Of a DNA stretch of 41,147 bases, positions 1 to 11,805 are shown piece after piece. Source of the DNA: Elusimicrobiota bacterium (GTDB taxonomy: Bacteria > Elusimicrobiota > Elusimicrobia > UBA1565); contig JBDREN010000056.1 in the NCBI GenBank assembly GCA_043819795.1, positions 1 through 41,147 on the forward strand, given 5' to 3'. Every line of letters starts with the position of its first letter. Position 1 is the first letter of the stretch. Position numbers and translations under genes: made by a program. The notes below the pieces were generated by a model that did not search any database, had not been told where the DNA came from, and saw only the letters and a list, made by a program, of their open reading frames with translations.

Positions 1-72
1 CACCTCTCCGTTGCCACATTGGCCCGCTGGCGGGGGGGGGGCGGGCCCTTTATAACCCTGGGGTGCACGCGA

Positions 73-123
73 CCGGTGGGCGCGAAGCGGCCTCCCTGCC
101 GGGAGGCCGATTCGCGCAACCGG
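73..123. terminator. Long GC-rich hairpin just downstream of the last gene of the atp transcription unit
   Basis: CCGGT..GCGCGAA.CGGCCTCCC-TGCC-GGGAGGCCG.TTCGCGC.ACCGG folds into a long imperfect stem about 20 nt after the stop at 143. No clear U-tract, so it may be a stabilising or REP-like hairpin rather than an intrinsic terminator. Confidence 0.4.
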
Positions 124-142
124 CGCTAGTATATAAAGGAAC

Positions 143-1132
143 TCAGTCCAGGGGGATGTCGGAGCGGCCCGACAGGGAAAGCGGCGTCAGGTCGTTGCCC
201 GGGAATACGACAAGCCGGGGAACGCCGCGAGCCGACGCCCGGATGATGTGCAGGCTGCGCCAGTACTCCTCCAGGTCCTGTATCCGCTCTTTCACCGGAA
301 GCGCCAAGTCCAGATAGTTGTCGACCACGTACGCGACGCCTCCGGTCAGCAGCACCGGCCCCCCGTCCAGGTTCGCCCACAGGCCCATGTTGCCGGGCGA
401 ACGGCCCGGAAGGCTCACGAGGTACAAGCTGCCGTCCCCAAAGAGGTCCATGCCGTTCTCGAACGTGCCGAAAGCCGGGGAATTGGCGAGGTCCACGAGC
501 CGAAGCCGCAGCCTCCCCTCGAGCGAGGCGGGCGACAGCGGATCCGGCGGCGCGCCCCCGGAGACCCGGGCCTTGCGCCACTCCCATTCCCTCCGGGAAA
601 CCACGACCGTGGCCGCGGGGAACGCGTCGACCATTCCCGCGCTGTCGGGCTCCAGGTTCGGCACGACCACCCACCGGATGTCCTCCGGGGCCGTTCCGCC
701 CGCCCGCAACCGGCTGACGATATCCCGCCCCTTCTTCTGCTTGTAGCGGAACGCGTACGGCCGGACGGCGTCCAAGACGCTCCGCGGCCGCCTCCCCGCG
801 TCGGAGCTGAGACCCGTGCCGAAGAGGACGAGCCCCTGGGCGGAATGCCGGATGAGGAATACGGGGACATCCAGCTCGATCTTCGCGTGGTAGCTCTTGA
901 GGGCGGACACCGCCTCCCCGCGGGTCCGGATCGTGCCCGTATTGAAGACCCGCATCGTCACGCTGCCCGCCTCCCGCCCCGTGATCAGGCCCAGCGCGAA
1001 CGTATGCGGAAGATCGCGGATCCCCCCGGGCGGGGGGGGCGGCTCCAGGAGATGCGGGTTCTTCTGGGGGATTTCGGGTAGGCAGCCCGCGACGAGCACG
1101 GCAAGGACCGCCGCCAGGGGCCGCGCTCTCAC
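143..1132 (-). CDS. MBL-fold (AHL-lactonase-like) lipoprotein with metal-binding residues lost
   Basis: Lipobox LVAG-C. Lactonase-like scaffold (PVFLIRH..GLVLF.TG, DIRWVV, FP.ATVVVS..EW, DLFGDGSL.LVSLPG, VLLTG). The HxHxDH motif reads NLEPDS. GTG start lies 3 nt after the atpC stop. Confidence 0.8.
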   Translation of the reverse strand: MRARPLAAVLAVLVAGCLPEIPQKNPHLLEPPPPPGGIRDLPHTFALGLITGREAGSVTMRVFNTGTIRTRGEAVSALKSYHAKIELDVPVFLIRHSAQGLVLFGTGLSSDAGRRPRSVLDAVRPYAFRYKQKKGRDIVSRLRAGGTAPEDIRWVVVPNLEPDSAGMVDAFPAATVVVSRREWEWRKARVSGGAPPDPLSPASLEGRLRLRLVDLANSPAFGTFENGMDLFGDGSLYLVSLPGRSPGNMGLWANLDGGPVLLTGGVAYVVDNYLDLALPVKERIQDLEEYWRSLHIIRASARGVPRLVVFPGNDLTPLSLSGRSDIPLD

Positions 1133-1135
1133 CGG

Positions 1136-1588
1136 CTAAAGATCGGTCTTGGAAGCCCGGACGGGCGCCGCCCCTCTCGGCCGGCGGCGGAGCTTGGAGA
1201 CCCGCAGCCGCACTTGGGCGCGCTTGATGGCTGCTTCGGCCTGCGCCAGCGTAAGGTCGTCGGGCCGGCCCTTCGCCTCGGACTTCGCCCGCTCGAGCGC
1301 TTGTCGCGCCCTTTCGCTATCGATGTCTCCGGCCATCTCGGCCGTCTCGGCGAAGACCGAGACTTTGTCGCCGAGGATCTCGGCGAAACCTCCGGAGACC
1401 GCGAAGCACCGGCAGGCCCCGCCCGAGGTCACGCGGACCTCGCCCGCCTTCAGCTGGACCATGAAAGGCTCATGGCCGGGCAGGACGCCCATCTCCCCCT
1501 CGTGAGCGGGCAGGACTACGGACTCCGCCGGCATCTGCAACGCCACCTTCTCGGGCGTCACCATCTCGATGGTCAGATTCTTGCTCAT
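1136..1588 (-). CDS. atpC: ATP synthase F1 epsilon subunit
   Basis: VTPEK, GEMGVLPGHEP, AVSGGFAE and IDSERA motifs; follows atpD; basic C-terminal tail. Confidence 0.96.
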   Translation of the reverse strand: MSKNLTIEMVTPEKVALQMPAESVVLPAHEGEMGVLPGHEPFMVQLKAGEVRVTSGGACRCFAVSGGFAEILGDKVSVFAETAEMAGDIDSERARQALERAKSEAKGRPDDLTLAQAEAAIKRAQVRLRVSKLRRRPRGAAPVRASKTDL

Positions 1589-1614
1589 AAGCCCCTTTCC
1601 TGAACGGTCCGGCC

Positions 1615-4387
<2,773 letters not shown>

Positions 4388-4390
4388 AGG

Positions 4391-5318
4391 CTAGCGGGTT
4401 ACGAGCTGGGCCTTCCCCTCCAAATAGTCACGTATCCCCTCCTCGATGGAGAACCGCGCCTCGAATCCCAGCGCCGCGCGGGCGGCGGCCGGCTCGCCCT
4501 CCGTCTCGTCCTGATAGAAAGAATATGGATTGTCGAAGTACTCGGGCTCATGGGACGTCCCGAGGACCGTGTTGAGCACCTTGATGATGCGGTTGAAAGT
4601 CGCCGTTTTACCCGTGCAGACGTTGTAGACTCCGCTGGCTTCCGCCTCCGCGGACTTAAGGTTCGCCTCCACGACGTCCCGCACATAGATGAAATCGCGG
4701 AATTGCTCGCCATGCTTGAAGATGCGCGGCCGCCGTCCCGCCTCCATCTGACGGTAAAGCTGCCAGATCATGCTCGCGACCTTGCCCTTGCGGGCCTCGC
4801 GCGGGCCGTAGACGTTGAAGTAGCGCAAGCCCACCAGCCGCAACGAGGGCTCCTCCCGCAGGAAACCCGCCCCCCACGCGCTCCATCACCTTCTTCGAAA
4901 AGCCGTAGATGTTCATCGGCTCCCCGGCCTGCGTCTCCTTCATGGGGCGCGGGCCCGCGCCGTACACGCCGGCGGAAGAGGCGTAGACGACCCGCCGCAC
5001 GCCGGACTCCAGCGCGAAGGCGAGCACATTGCGGAACCCCTCCACGTTGACCTCCAGCATGCGGCGCTGGTCGGTCACCGTCGTGTCGGTGATGGCCGCC
5101 TGATGGAAGATCGTGTCCACGGCGCCGATGCGCCCGACCCACTCCCCGGGCCTGGCGATGTCGCCGGCCACCACGTCGCCGCGGTAGCCGTCCAGGTTCT
5201 CGAAATGGCCGACCGAAAAGTCATCGAGCACGACGACCTCGCGCCCCCGGCGCTCGAGCTCGAGAGCCAGGTTCGACCCGATGAAGCCGGCGCCGCCGGT
5301 GACGAGGACCCTGCTCAC
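4391..5318 (-). pseudogene. hldD: ADP-L-glycero-D-manno-heptose 6-epimerase (extended SDR), split by a single-base frameshift
   Basis: VLVTGGAGFIGSNL, FHQAAITDTT, YASSAGVYG and YGFSK lie in one frame; GLRYFNVYGPRE.RKG..ASM lies in another. Removing one base from the C6 run at 4870-4875 restores a 308-aa ORF. The GTG start overlaps the upstream TGA. May be a sequencing error. Confidence 0.8.
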
Positions 5319-5859
5319 TTGTTCGCCGCCCTCCGCTCGACGATGATCCGCAGGGGCAGCGGCTGCGCCAGGCCCATCCTGTTGACTTGCTTCATCAGCT
5401 TCTCCGGTATCCGCTCGATGCCCGCGGGAAGCCGCGGCTGCGCGTTGATGCCTATGAGAAAGAGGAAAACCTGCTTGTCCCACTCGTTGATCCCCTGGAC
5501 CTCCTTGAGGTCCTTCTCCCCCTTCTTGATGAACTTCGTGAGGGCCTTGCGGTTGTGCATGAGATAGTCCGCCAAGGCCATCGAGGACTGCATCTCGGGG
5601 ATGAACGAGAACACGCCCGCGAGGTCCGTCGCCCCGACCGCCACGAGGGCATCCATCAGGCTCAGGTTGATGACCTGAGGAGCGGCGGGGATCATCCCCT
5701 CCGCTCCCGGGCCGCCCTCCGGAGAGCCCGGCGGGACGCCCTGCCGCGCGGGCGCGCCGCTCTCCGGCCCCTGCGCCCCGGCCAGCGGCGGCGCCGCGAG
5801 GACGAGAGCCGCCGCGCACAGCGCGCCGGCGACGGCCCGCAAGCAGTGCCGCGAGCCGG

Positions 5860-5863
<4 letters not shown>
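5315..5863 (-). CDS. Hypothetical exported protein
   Basis: Signal peptide ending PLAGA-Q, a Pro/Gly linker, then a helical domain. ATGA overlap with the atpA stop and GTGA overlap with the hldD start. Confidence 0.75.
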
Positions 5864-7374
<1,511 letters not shown>

Positions 7375-7407
7375 AAGATGTCCCTCTACGGCTCCATTGA
7401 TGATTAG

Positions 7408-7941
7408 CTAAGCGGTCAGCCGGCCGCGCATCGCTCTCAGCTTGCCCTTAAGGCTCGCGTCGAACACCCAGTCCCCCAGGCGGACCACGGCGCCCGCCAA
7501 AAGATCCGGATCCAGCTTCACGTCCAAAACCACCGTCTTGCCGATGAAGGCGCCCAGGCGCTTCTTCAGCGTCTCGCCCTCGGCCTCCGAGAGCTCCATC
7601 GCCGTGCGCACCGTGGCGCGGGCGATGCCGCGCCCCTCGTCGTGGAGCCGCCCGAGCTCCACCGTCATCTGCGGCAGCAGCCCGAAACGCTTCCTGTCGA
7701 CGAGCAGCTCGAGAAATCGCAGCGTCCGGTCCGAGACCGACTCCCCGATCAGACGCCGCAGCAGCGCCTTCTTCTCCTGGGCGGATACGCGCGGATGCTG
7801 GAAGGCCGGCATGCTGTCCGCCAGAGCCCTGGCGGCCTTCGCCAGCTCTTCGTTCGCCTGCGCCTCTTCCCCGCGCTCGGCCGCGCTCTGATAGAACGCC
7901 AGCGCGTACCGGCGGGCGAGAACTCGTTCCGAGCTCAGCAT
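7408..7941 (-). CDS. atpH: ATP synthase F1 delta subunit
   Basis: ARRYALAF, FLELLVDRKR, DPDLLAG.VVR.GD.VFDASL; position between atpF and atpA. Confidence 0.95.
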   Translation of the reverse strand: MLSSERVLARRYALAFYQSAAERGEEAQANEELAKAARALADSMPAFQHPRVSAQEKKALLRRLIGESVSDRTLRFLELLVDRKRFGLLPQMTVELGRLHDEGRGIARATVRTAMELSEAEGETLKKRLGAFIGKTVVLDVKLDPDLLAGAVVRLGDWVFDASLKGKLRAMRGRLTA

Positions 7942-7943
7942 CG

Positions 7944-8450
7944 TCAGTTCTTCCCCTTCTCCCGCTCCAGCTCGCCGAAGAACCGGTCGAGCTCGCTCTT
8001 CTGCACGCCGCTGTCGACGCTCTTGCGCACGAGCCGCTCCGCGGCCAGCACCGACAGGGTCGCTACCTCGCGGCGGAGGTCGCCGATGGCCCGGCGCCGC
8101 TCCTCATCGAGCTGTGCACGCGTCTTCGCGAGGATGCCCTTGGCCTCCTCCTCGGCGCCCTCCCTGATGCGCGCTCGCAGCGCCTCGCCGTCCGCGCCGG
8201 CCTTTGAAAGAAGCCCCTTCGCCTCCTCAGCCGCGCCCGCGAGCCGACCCTCGAAGTCCTGCCGGATCCTCTCGGAATCCTGGCGCGCCTTCTCGGCCCG
8301 TTCGCGCTCCTCGCGCAGCCGCGCCTCGCGCGCCTCAATGGCGCCGAGCAGCGGCCCCCAGGCCTTCCATCTGAGGAGGCCGACCAGCGCCAGGAACGAG
8401 ACGATCGTCCAGAACATCAACCCGACGTCCGGCTGAATAAGCGTATCCAT
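7944..8450 (-). CDS. atpF: ATP synthase Fo b subunit
   Basis: N-terminal TM (FWTIVSFLALVGLL..KAWGPLL..IEARE) followed by a coiled coil. Confidence 0.95.
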   Translation of the reverse strand: MDTLIQPDVGLMFWTIVSFLALVGLLRWKAWGPLLGAIEAREARLREERERAEKARQDSERIRQDFEGRLAGAAEEAKGLLSKAGADGEALRARIREGAEEEAKGILAKTRAQLDEERRRAIGDLRREVATLSVLAAERLVRKSVDSGVQKSELDRFFGELEREKGKN

Positions 8451-8473
8451 TAAGCTCTCCGTCCCTGACGAAT

Positions 8474-8524
8474 ATAAAAAACGTGCCGGGCGGGAGGCGG
8501 CCTGAGGCCGCCCCCCGTTGCCGG
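8474..8524 (-). terminator. Stem-loop plus U-rich tract between atpE and atpF (partial terminator or mRNA-stabilising element)
   Basis: GGCGGCCT/AGGCCGCC stem extended by CGGG/CCCG (8491-8517), followed about 10 nt later on the mRNA strand by UUUUUUAUAUU. Confidence 0.55.
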
Positions 8525-8525
8525 G

Positions 8526-8819
8526 CTAGTGATGCACCGACGCTTCGACAGCCGTCGGGGCGGGCGCCGCCGCCTGCGGCACGCCCTTATTGAGGGCGAG
8601 CACCGCGAGCAGCGCGATCACGAGGGCGAAAAGCCCCAGCCCCTCGATCATGGCCGCCGGGATGATCATCATGGTCTGCAGCGAGCCGGCCGCTTCCGGC
8701 TGCCGCGCGGACCCTTCCAGAGCGGCGCTGGACAGCCTGGCGATGCCAAAGGCCGCGCCGATCAGGCACATGCCGGCGCCGATCGCGACGCCGACGTAAC
8801 CGAACGCAAGATGCCACAT
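8526..8819 (-). CDS. atpE: ATP synthase Fo c subunit (H+-type signature) with C-terminal extension
   Basis: GxGxxxxGAxxG helix, RQPE loop, ion-binding Glu in AMIEGLGLF; GGAGG RBS 8 nt upstream; no Q..ES/T..Y Na+ signature. Confidence 0.96.
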   Translation of the reverse strand: MWHLAFGYVGVAIGAGMCLIGAAFGIARLSSAALEGSARQPEAAGSLQTMMIIPAAMIEGLGLFALVIALLAVLALNKGVPQAAAPAPTAVEASVHH

Positions 8820-8968
8820 GATTGCTTCCTCCGTTTCTTTGTTCCGGTCACGGGAAACGCCTGTCGGACCGGGTGAGACCTCATGTCCGCAGTCCCGGCG
8901 AAGCCGGGCTGCGCATGGTTTACAGAGCCATTCCTTGCGACGTGCCCCTCCCGTAACTCAGAGGAGTA

Positions 8969-9000
8969 AGCGCGTCAGCGCCCGCTGGCGCTGACGCGCT
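8969..9000. repeat. Perfect 14-bp inverted repeat overlapping the atpB stop
   Basis: AGCGCGTCAGCGCC-cgct-GGCGCTGACGCGCT. Confidence 0.85.
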
Positions 9001-9781
9001 AGTGGGCATGCAGCACGCTGCCGACGAACACCGTGGTCAAAAGGGTGAAGATGAACGCCTGCAGCACCGCGACCAAGAGTTCGATCAAATAGACGAAAAC
9101 CACCAAAAGGACGGAAAACGGGGCCACGGTCAACCCGACCAGAGTGCTGGTCGCGCCGAAGATGAAGATCAGCGACATAAAGCCCAGCGCGACGATATGG
9201 CCGGCGATCATATTCGCGAACAGCCGGATCGTCAGCGCGAAGCACTTGACGAAAAGCCCCAGGACCTCGATGACCGGCAGGATCACATACAGCACCGGGG
9301 AGATCCACGCCGGCAGCCCGGGCGGGACCGGCGCGAAGTGCTTCAAAAACGGGATAAACCCCTGAGCGCGGATGCCCGCGATCACGATCAGGCAGAATGT
9401 GCATATCGCCAGGGCGGCCGTCACGGAGATGTTGCCCGTCGCGGTGGCGCTGCCCGGAATGAGCCCCGCCAGGTTGCACAAGAGGATGAAGAAGAACAGG
9501 CTCAGCAGGTAGTGCATGTAGCGCATGCCGCCGTGGCCGAGGATGGGCTCGAATACGGTGTCCCGGAGGTAGAGGACGACGGCCTCCACCCCCGTGCGCA
9601 GAAGCAGCCCGAACTGGGACCGGCTCCGCGCCGCGTAGGTGAGCACGCCGAGCAGGAACGCGCCCACGGCCCACATGACGACCAGGTGCTTGGTGAGCGA
9701 GAACTGGACGGGGCCGGCCGAGAATAGCGGCAGCAGCGTATGGTCGGGTATGTGGTGATCCAGAAGGGCCTTGAAATCCAT
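8999..9781 (-). CDS. atpB: ATP synthase Fo a subunit
   Basis: NLAGLIPG..TATGNISVT, essential Arg in LTIRLFANMIAGH, ELLVAVLQAFIFTLLT. Confidence 0.97.
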   Translation of the reverse strand: MDFKALLDHHIPDHTLLPLFSAGPVQFSLTKHLVVMWAVGAFLLGVLTYAARSRSQFGLLLRTGVEAVVLYLRDTVFEPILGHGGMRYMHYLLSLFFFILLCNLAGLIPGSATATGNISVTAALAICTFCLIVIAGIRAQGFIPFLKHFAPVPPGLPAWISPVLYVILPVIEVLGLFVKCFALTIRLFANMIAGHIVALGFMSLIFIFGATSTLVGLTVAPFSVLLVVFVYLIELLVAVLQAFIFTLLTTVFVGSVLHAH

Positions 9782-9784
9782 GGT

Positions 9785-10177
9785 TTATTTCCGCGTCAGC
9801 TGCCTATACTCGATCTGCAGAAGGAACAGCACCCCCAGGGCGTACGCGCCCCACATCGCGGCCTGCACCCGCCCCCCGTCCCGCCAAGCGACCGCCACCA
9901 AAGCGGCGAACACCGCGGCCCGAAGGGCCATCCCGCCCCCGAAAGCCCACCAGAACGCCCTCGTGGATACGGGGCGGGCGAAGACCATGCCCGTCACGCT
10001 CGCCGAACAGGCCGCCCAGGCCGACACCAGCCCCGTCAGGGCGGGTCCGAAGAGCGCCTTCTCAAGGAGCCACCACATCGGCAGCGCCGCGACCAGACTC
10101 AGCGCGACTCCTTCCAGCGCGCTACGGACGGCCGTTCGGACGGACCGACGCCGCTCGGATGAGTAGATATAGGCCAA
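9785..10177 (-). CDS. AtpI-like membrane protein (start uncertain, probably 10078-10120)
   Basis: Three to four hydrophobic helices, GMALR motif, position between atpZ and atpB. Confidence 0.65.
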   Translation of the reverse strand: MAYIYSSERRRSVRTAVRSALEGVALSLVAALPMWWLLEKALFGPALTGLVSAWAACSASVTGMVFARPVSTRAFWWAFGGGMALRAAVFAALVAVAWRDGGRVQAAMWGAYALGVLFLLQIEYRQLTRK

Positions 10178-10364
10178 CCGAGATCCCTAAAAAAGCCCCC
10201 ACCAGCATCAGCCAGGGGTGGGTCCCCAGTTTCTTGTCGGCATAGTAGCCGGCGAAGAAGCCCCCCAGCACCGAAACGACCAGCTCGGTCCCCGCGCTCA
10301 ATGCAACGGCCAACGGAGCGCGCCGGGGCGAGGTCCTGCCAGGTTCGGAGGGGTTCACGCGCAT
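10122..10364 (-). CDS. atpZ: AtpZ/AtpI-family small membrane protein
   Basis: GFFAGYYADKKLGTHPWLMLVGAFLG signature. Start placed at ATG 10364 because the predicted promoter overlaps the longer ORF start. Confidence 0.85.
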   Translation of the reverse strand: MRVNPSEPGRTSPRRAPLAVALSAGTELVVSVLGGFFAGYYADKKLGTHPWLMLVGAFLGISVGLYLLIRAASVRPNGRP

Positions 10365-10384
10365 CCAAAGAGCGACGTCGTGCG

Positions 10385-10414
10385 ATTCTAACAAAAGGCC
10401 CCGAAACCTGTCAA
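10385..10414 (-). promoter_or_regulatory. Sigma70-type promoter of the atp operon
   Basis: TTGACA (10414-10409), 18-nt spacer, TGn-extended -10 TAGAAT (10390-10385). Confidence 0.7.
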
Positions 10415-10475
10415 TTTATCCGCCTGCCACAAGCACATCCGACGATCGACGGGCGTACACGGGCGTTGACGATTC

Positions 10476-10504
10476 TTGTCAAACGACTGCCGATAAAGTA
10501 TCTT
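10476..10504 (+). promoter_or_regulatory. Putative sigma70 promoter of the REC-GGDEF gene (near-leaderless mRNA)
   Basis: TTGTCA, 17-nt spacer, TATCTT ending 10 nt before ATG 10515; no clear SD sequence. Confidence 0.5.
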
Positions 10505-10514
10505 AGCCCCGGAT

Positions 10515-11450
10515 ATGGTAACCTCCGCGCGCCTCATCGTGGCCGACGACGAGCCCGAGCTGCTCGTGATGATGAAGGAGGCCCTGCAGTCGCAAGGCTA
10601 CGAGGTGCGGACCGCCGCCAACGGCCAGGAAGCGATCGACCTCGTGCGCGCCGATCCGCCCGACATCGTCGTCGTGGACCTCTGGATGCCGGTCAAGGAC
10701 GGTTTCTCGGTCTGCCGGGAGCTCAAGGCCGAGCCCGAGTTCCGGCATCTGCCGATCGTGATCCTCTCGGCGTCCGGAGGCCGGGAGAACAAGATCCAGG
10801 GGCTCGACCTGGGAGCCGACGACTTCATCACCAAGCCTGTGGACATCGCCGAGCTTCGCGCGCGCATCCGTATGATCCTGCGCCGCACGCGCCAGGGCCT
10901 CGACGCGAACCCCCTGACGCGCCTGCCGGGCAACGTATCGATCCAGAACCGCATCACCGAGGCGGTCGACGCCCGCGCGCCCCTCGCCGTGCTCTACGTC
11001 GACATCAACAGCTTCAAGGCCTACAACGACGCCTACGGCTACGACGCGGGCGACCGCGTCATCCAGGCCGCCGCCGCCCTTCTGCTGCGCTGCGTGAAGA
11101 CGGCGGGCGGAAACGAGGACTTCGTCGGGCATATCGGCGGCGATGACTTCATCGTCGTCACCGACCCCTCGCGGATGGAGCGGCTGTGCGAGGAGATCGT
11201 CTCCGGCTTCGACGCGCTCGCGCCCTCCTTCTATAAGGAAAAAGACCGCGAGCGCGGCAAGATCATCTCGAAAGACAGGGCGGGCAACGTCGTCGAGTAC
11301 GCGCTCTTGTCCGTCGGCGTCGGGGTATGCCACAACAAGCTCAAGCCCCTCACCTCCTACGCCCAAGTCAGCGAGCTGGGCAGCGAGCTCAAGAAGTTCG
11401 CCAAACGCAGCCCGGGCTCCCACTACGAGATCGACCGCCGCCGCGAGTAA
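10515..11450 (+). CDS. Response regulator with GGDEF domain (REC-GGDEF, GGDDF variant)
   Basis: Intact receiver (ADDE, VVDLWMP, ITKP); DANPLTRLPGN, DINSFKAYNDAYG..AGD, HIGGDDF. Confidence 0.92.
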   Translation: MVTSARLIVADDEPELLVMMKEALQSQGYEVRTAANGQEAIDLVRADPPDIVVVDLWMPVKDGFSVCRELKAEPEFRHLPIVILSASGGRENKIQGLDLGADDFITKPVDIAELRARIRMILRRTRQGLDANPLTRLPGNVSIQNRITEAVDARAPLAVLYVDINSFKAYNDAYGYDAGDRVIQAAAALLLRCVKTAGGNEDFVGHIGGDDFIVVTDPSRMERLCEEIVSGFDALAPSFYKEKDRERGKIISKDRAGNVVEYALLSVGVGVCHNKLKPLTSYAQVSELGSELKKFAKRSPGSHYEIDRRRE

Positions 11451-11495
11451 AGAACCGACGGTCCCTGGTCAGGGGAGAAGACGCCGATGCGGAGG

Positions 11496-11669
11496 GGATG
11501 CGATGTCCCGCGCAATCCCCGTCTGGAGGGGGCCCATGCCCGCGTCCCTCCCCCCCGGGGGGTAGGGATCGCGCTTTGTAGCGGGGGGTAATCTCGCCCC
11601 CCGAACGGCAGCCCCCCCGTAGGGGGGCCCGCCGACCCGGCGCTCGGGAAGAAGCGGGACATCGCATCC
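11496..11669. repeat. Composite palindromic element with 16-bp terminal inverted repeats
   Basis: GGATGCGATGTCCCGC (11496-11511) and GCGGGACATCGCATCC (11654-11669) enclose several C-run/G-run hairpins. Confidence 0.75.
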
Positions 11670-11703
11670 AGTCCGCCCAAAAACGTCTTTCCTTATGGAT
11701 TGA

Positions 11704-11796
11704 CCTGCGTATCCTCCACTTGAAACCCCCGTCGGGCTTCTGATAGCCTGCCGCCGGTCCCCCCGAGGCGAGAGTTTCAAGTGGAGGATACGCAGG
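11704..11796. mobile_element. 93-bp MITE-like element
   Basis: Perfect 23-bp TIRs CCTGCGTATCCTCCACTTGAAAC / GTTTCAAGTGGAGGATACGCAGG, flanked by the direct repeat TGGATTGA (11696-11703 and 11797-11804). Confidence 0.85.
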
Positions 11797-11805
11797 TGGA
11801 TTGAT

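Noticed and set aside
4656..5819. 387-aa ORF as a single protein
   Set aside because: It is an artefactual upstream extension plus the N-terminal half of the frameshifted hldD, and it overlaps the 5315-5863 gene.
8526..9781. Na+-translocating or N-type ATPase
   Set aside because: The c subunit lacks the Q/ES(T)/Y Na+ signature, atpH is present, and gene order is the standard F-type.
11327..11780. Short ORFs in the convergent intergenic region
   Set aside because: They run through palindromic repeats and the MITE, with no RBS or protein-like composition.
11696..11804. CRISPR-like words (GTTTCAA..., ...TTGAAAC, GTGGATTGA)
   Set aside because: Only two copies, in inverted orientation and with a target-site duplication; no spacer array or cas genes. 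A MITE explains it better.
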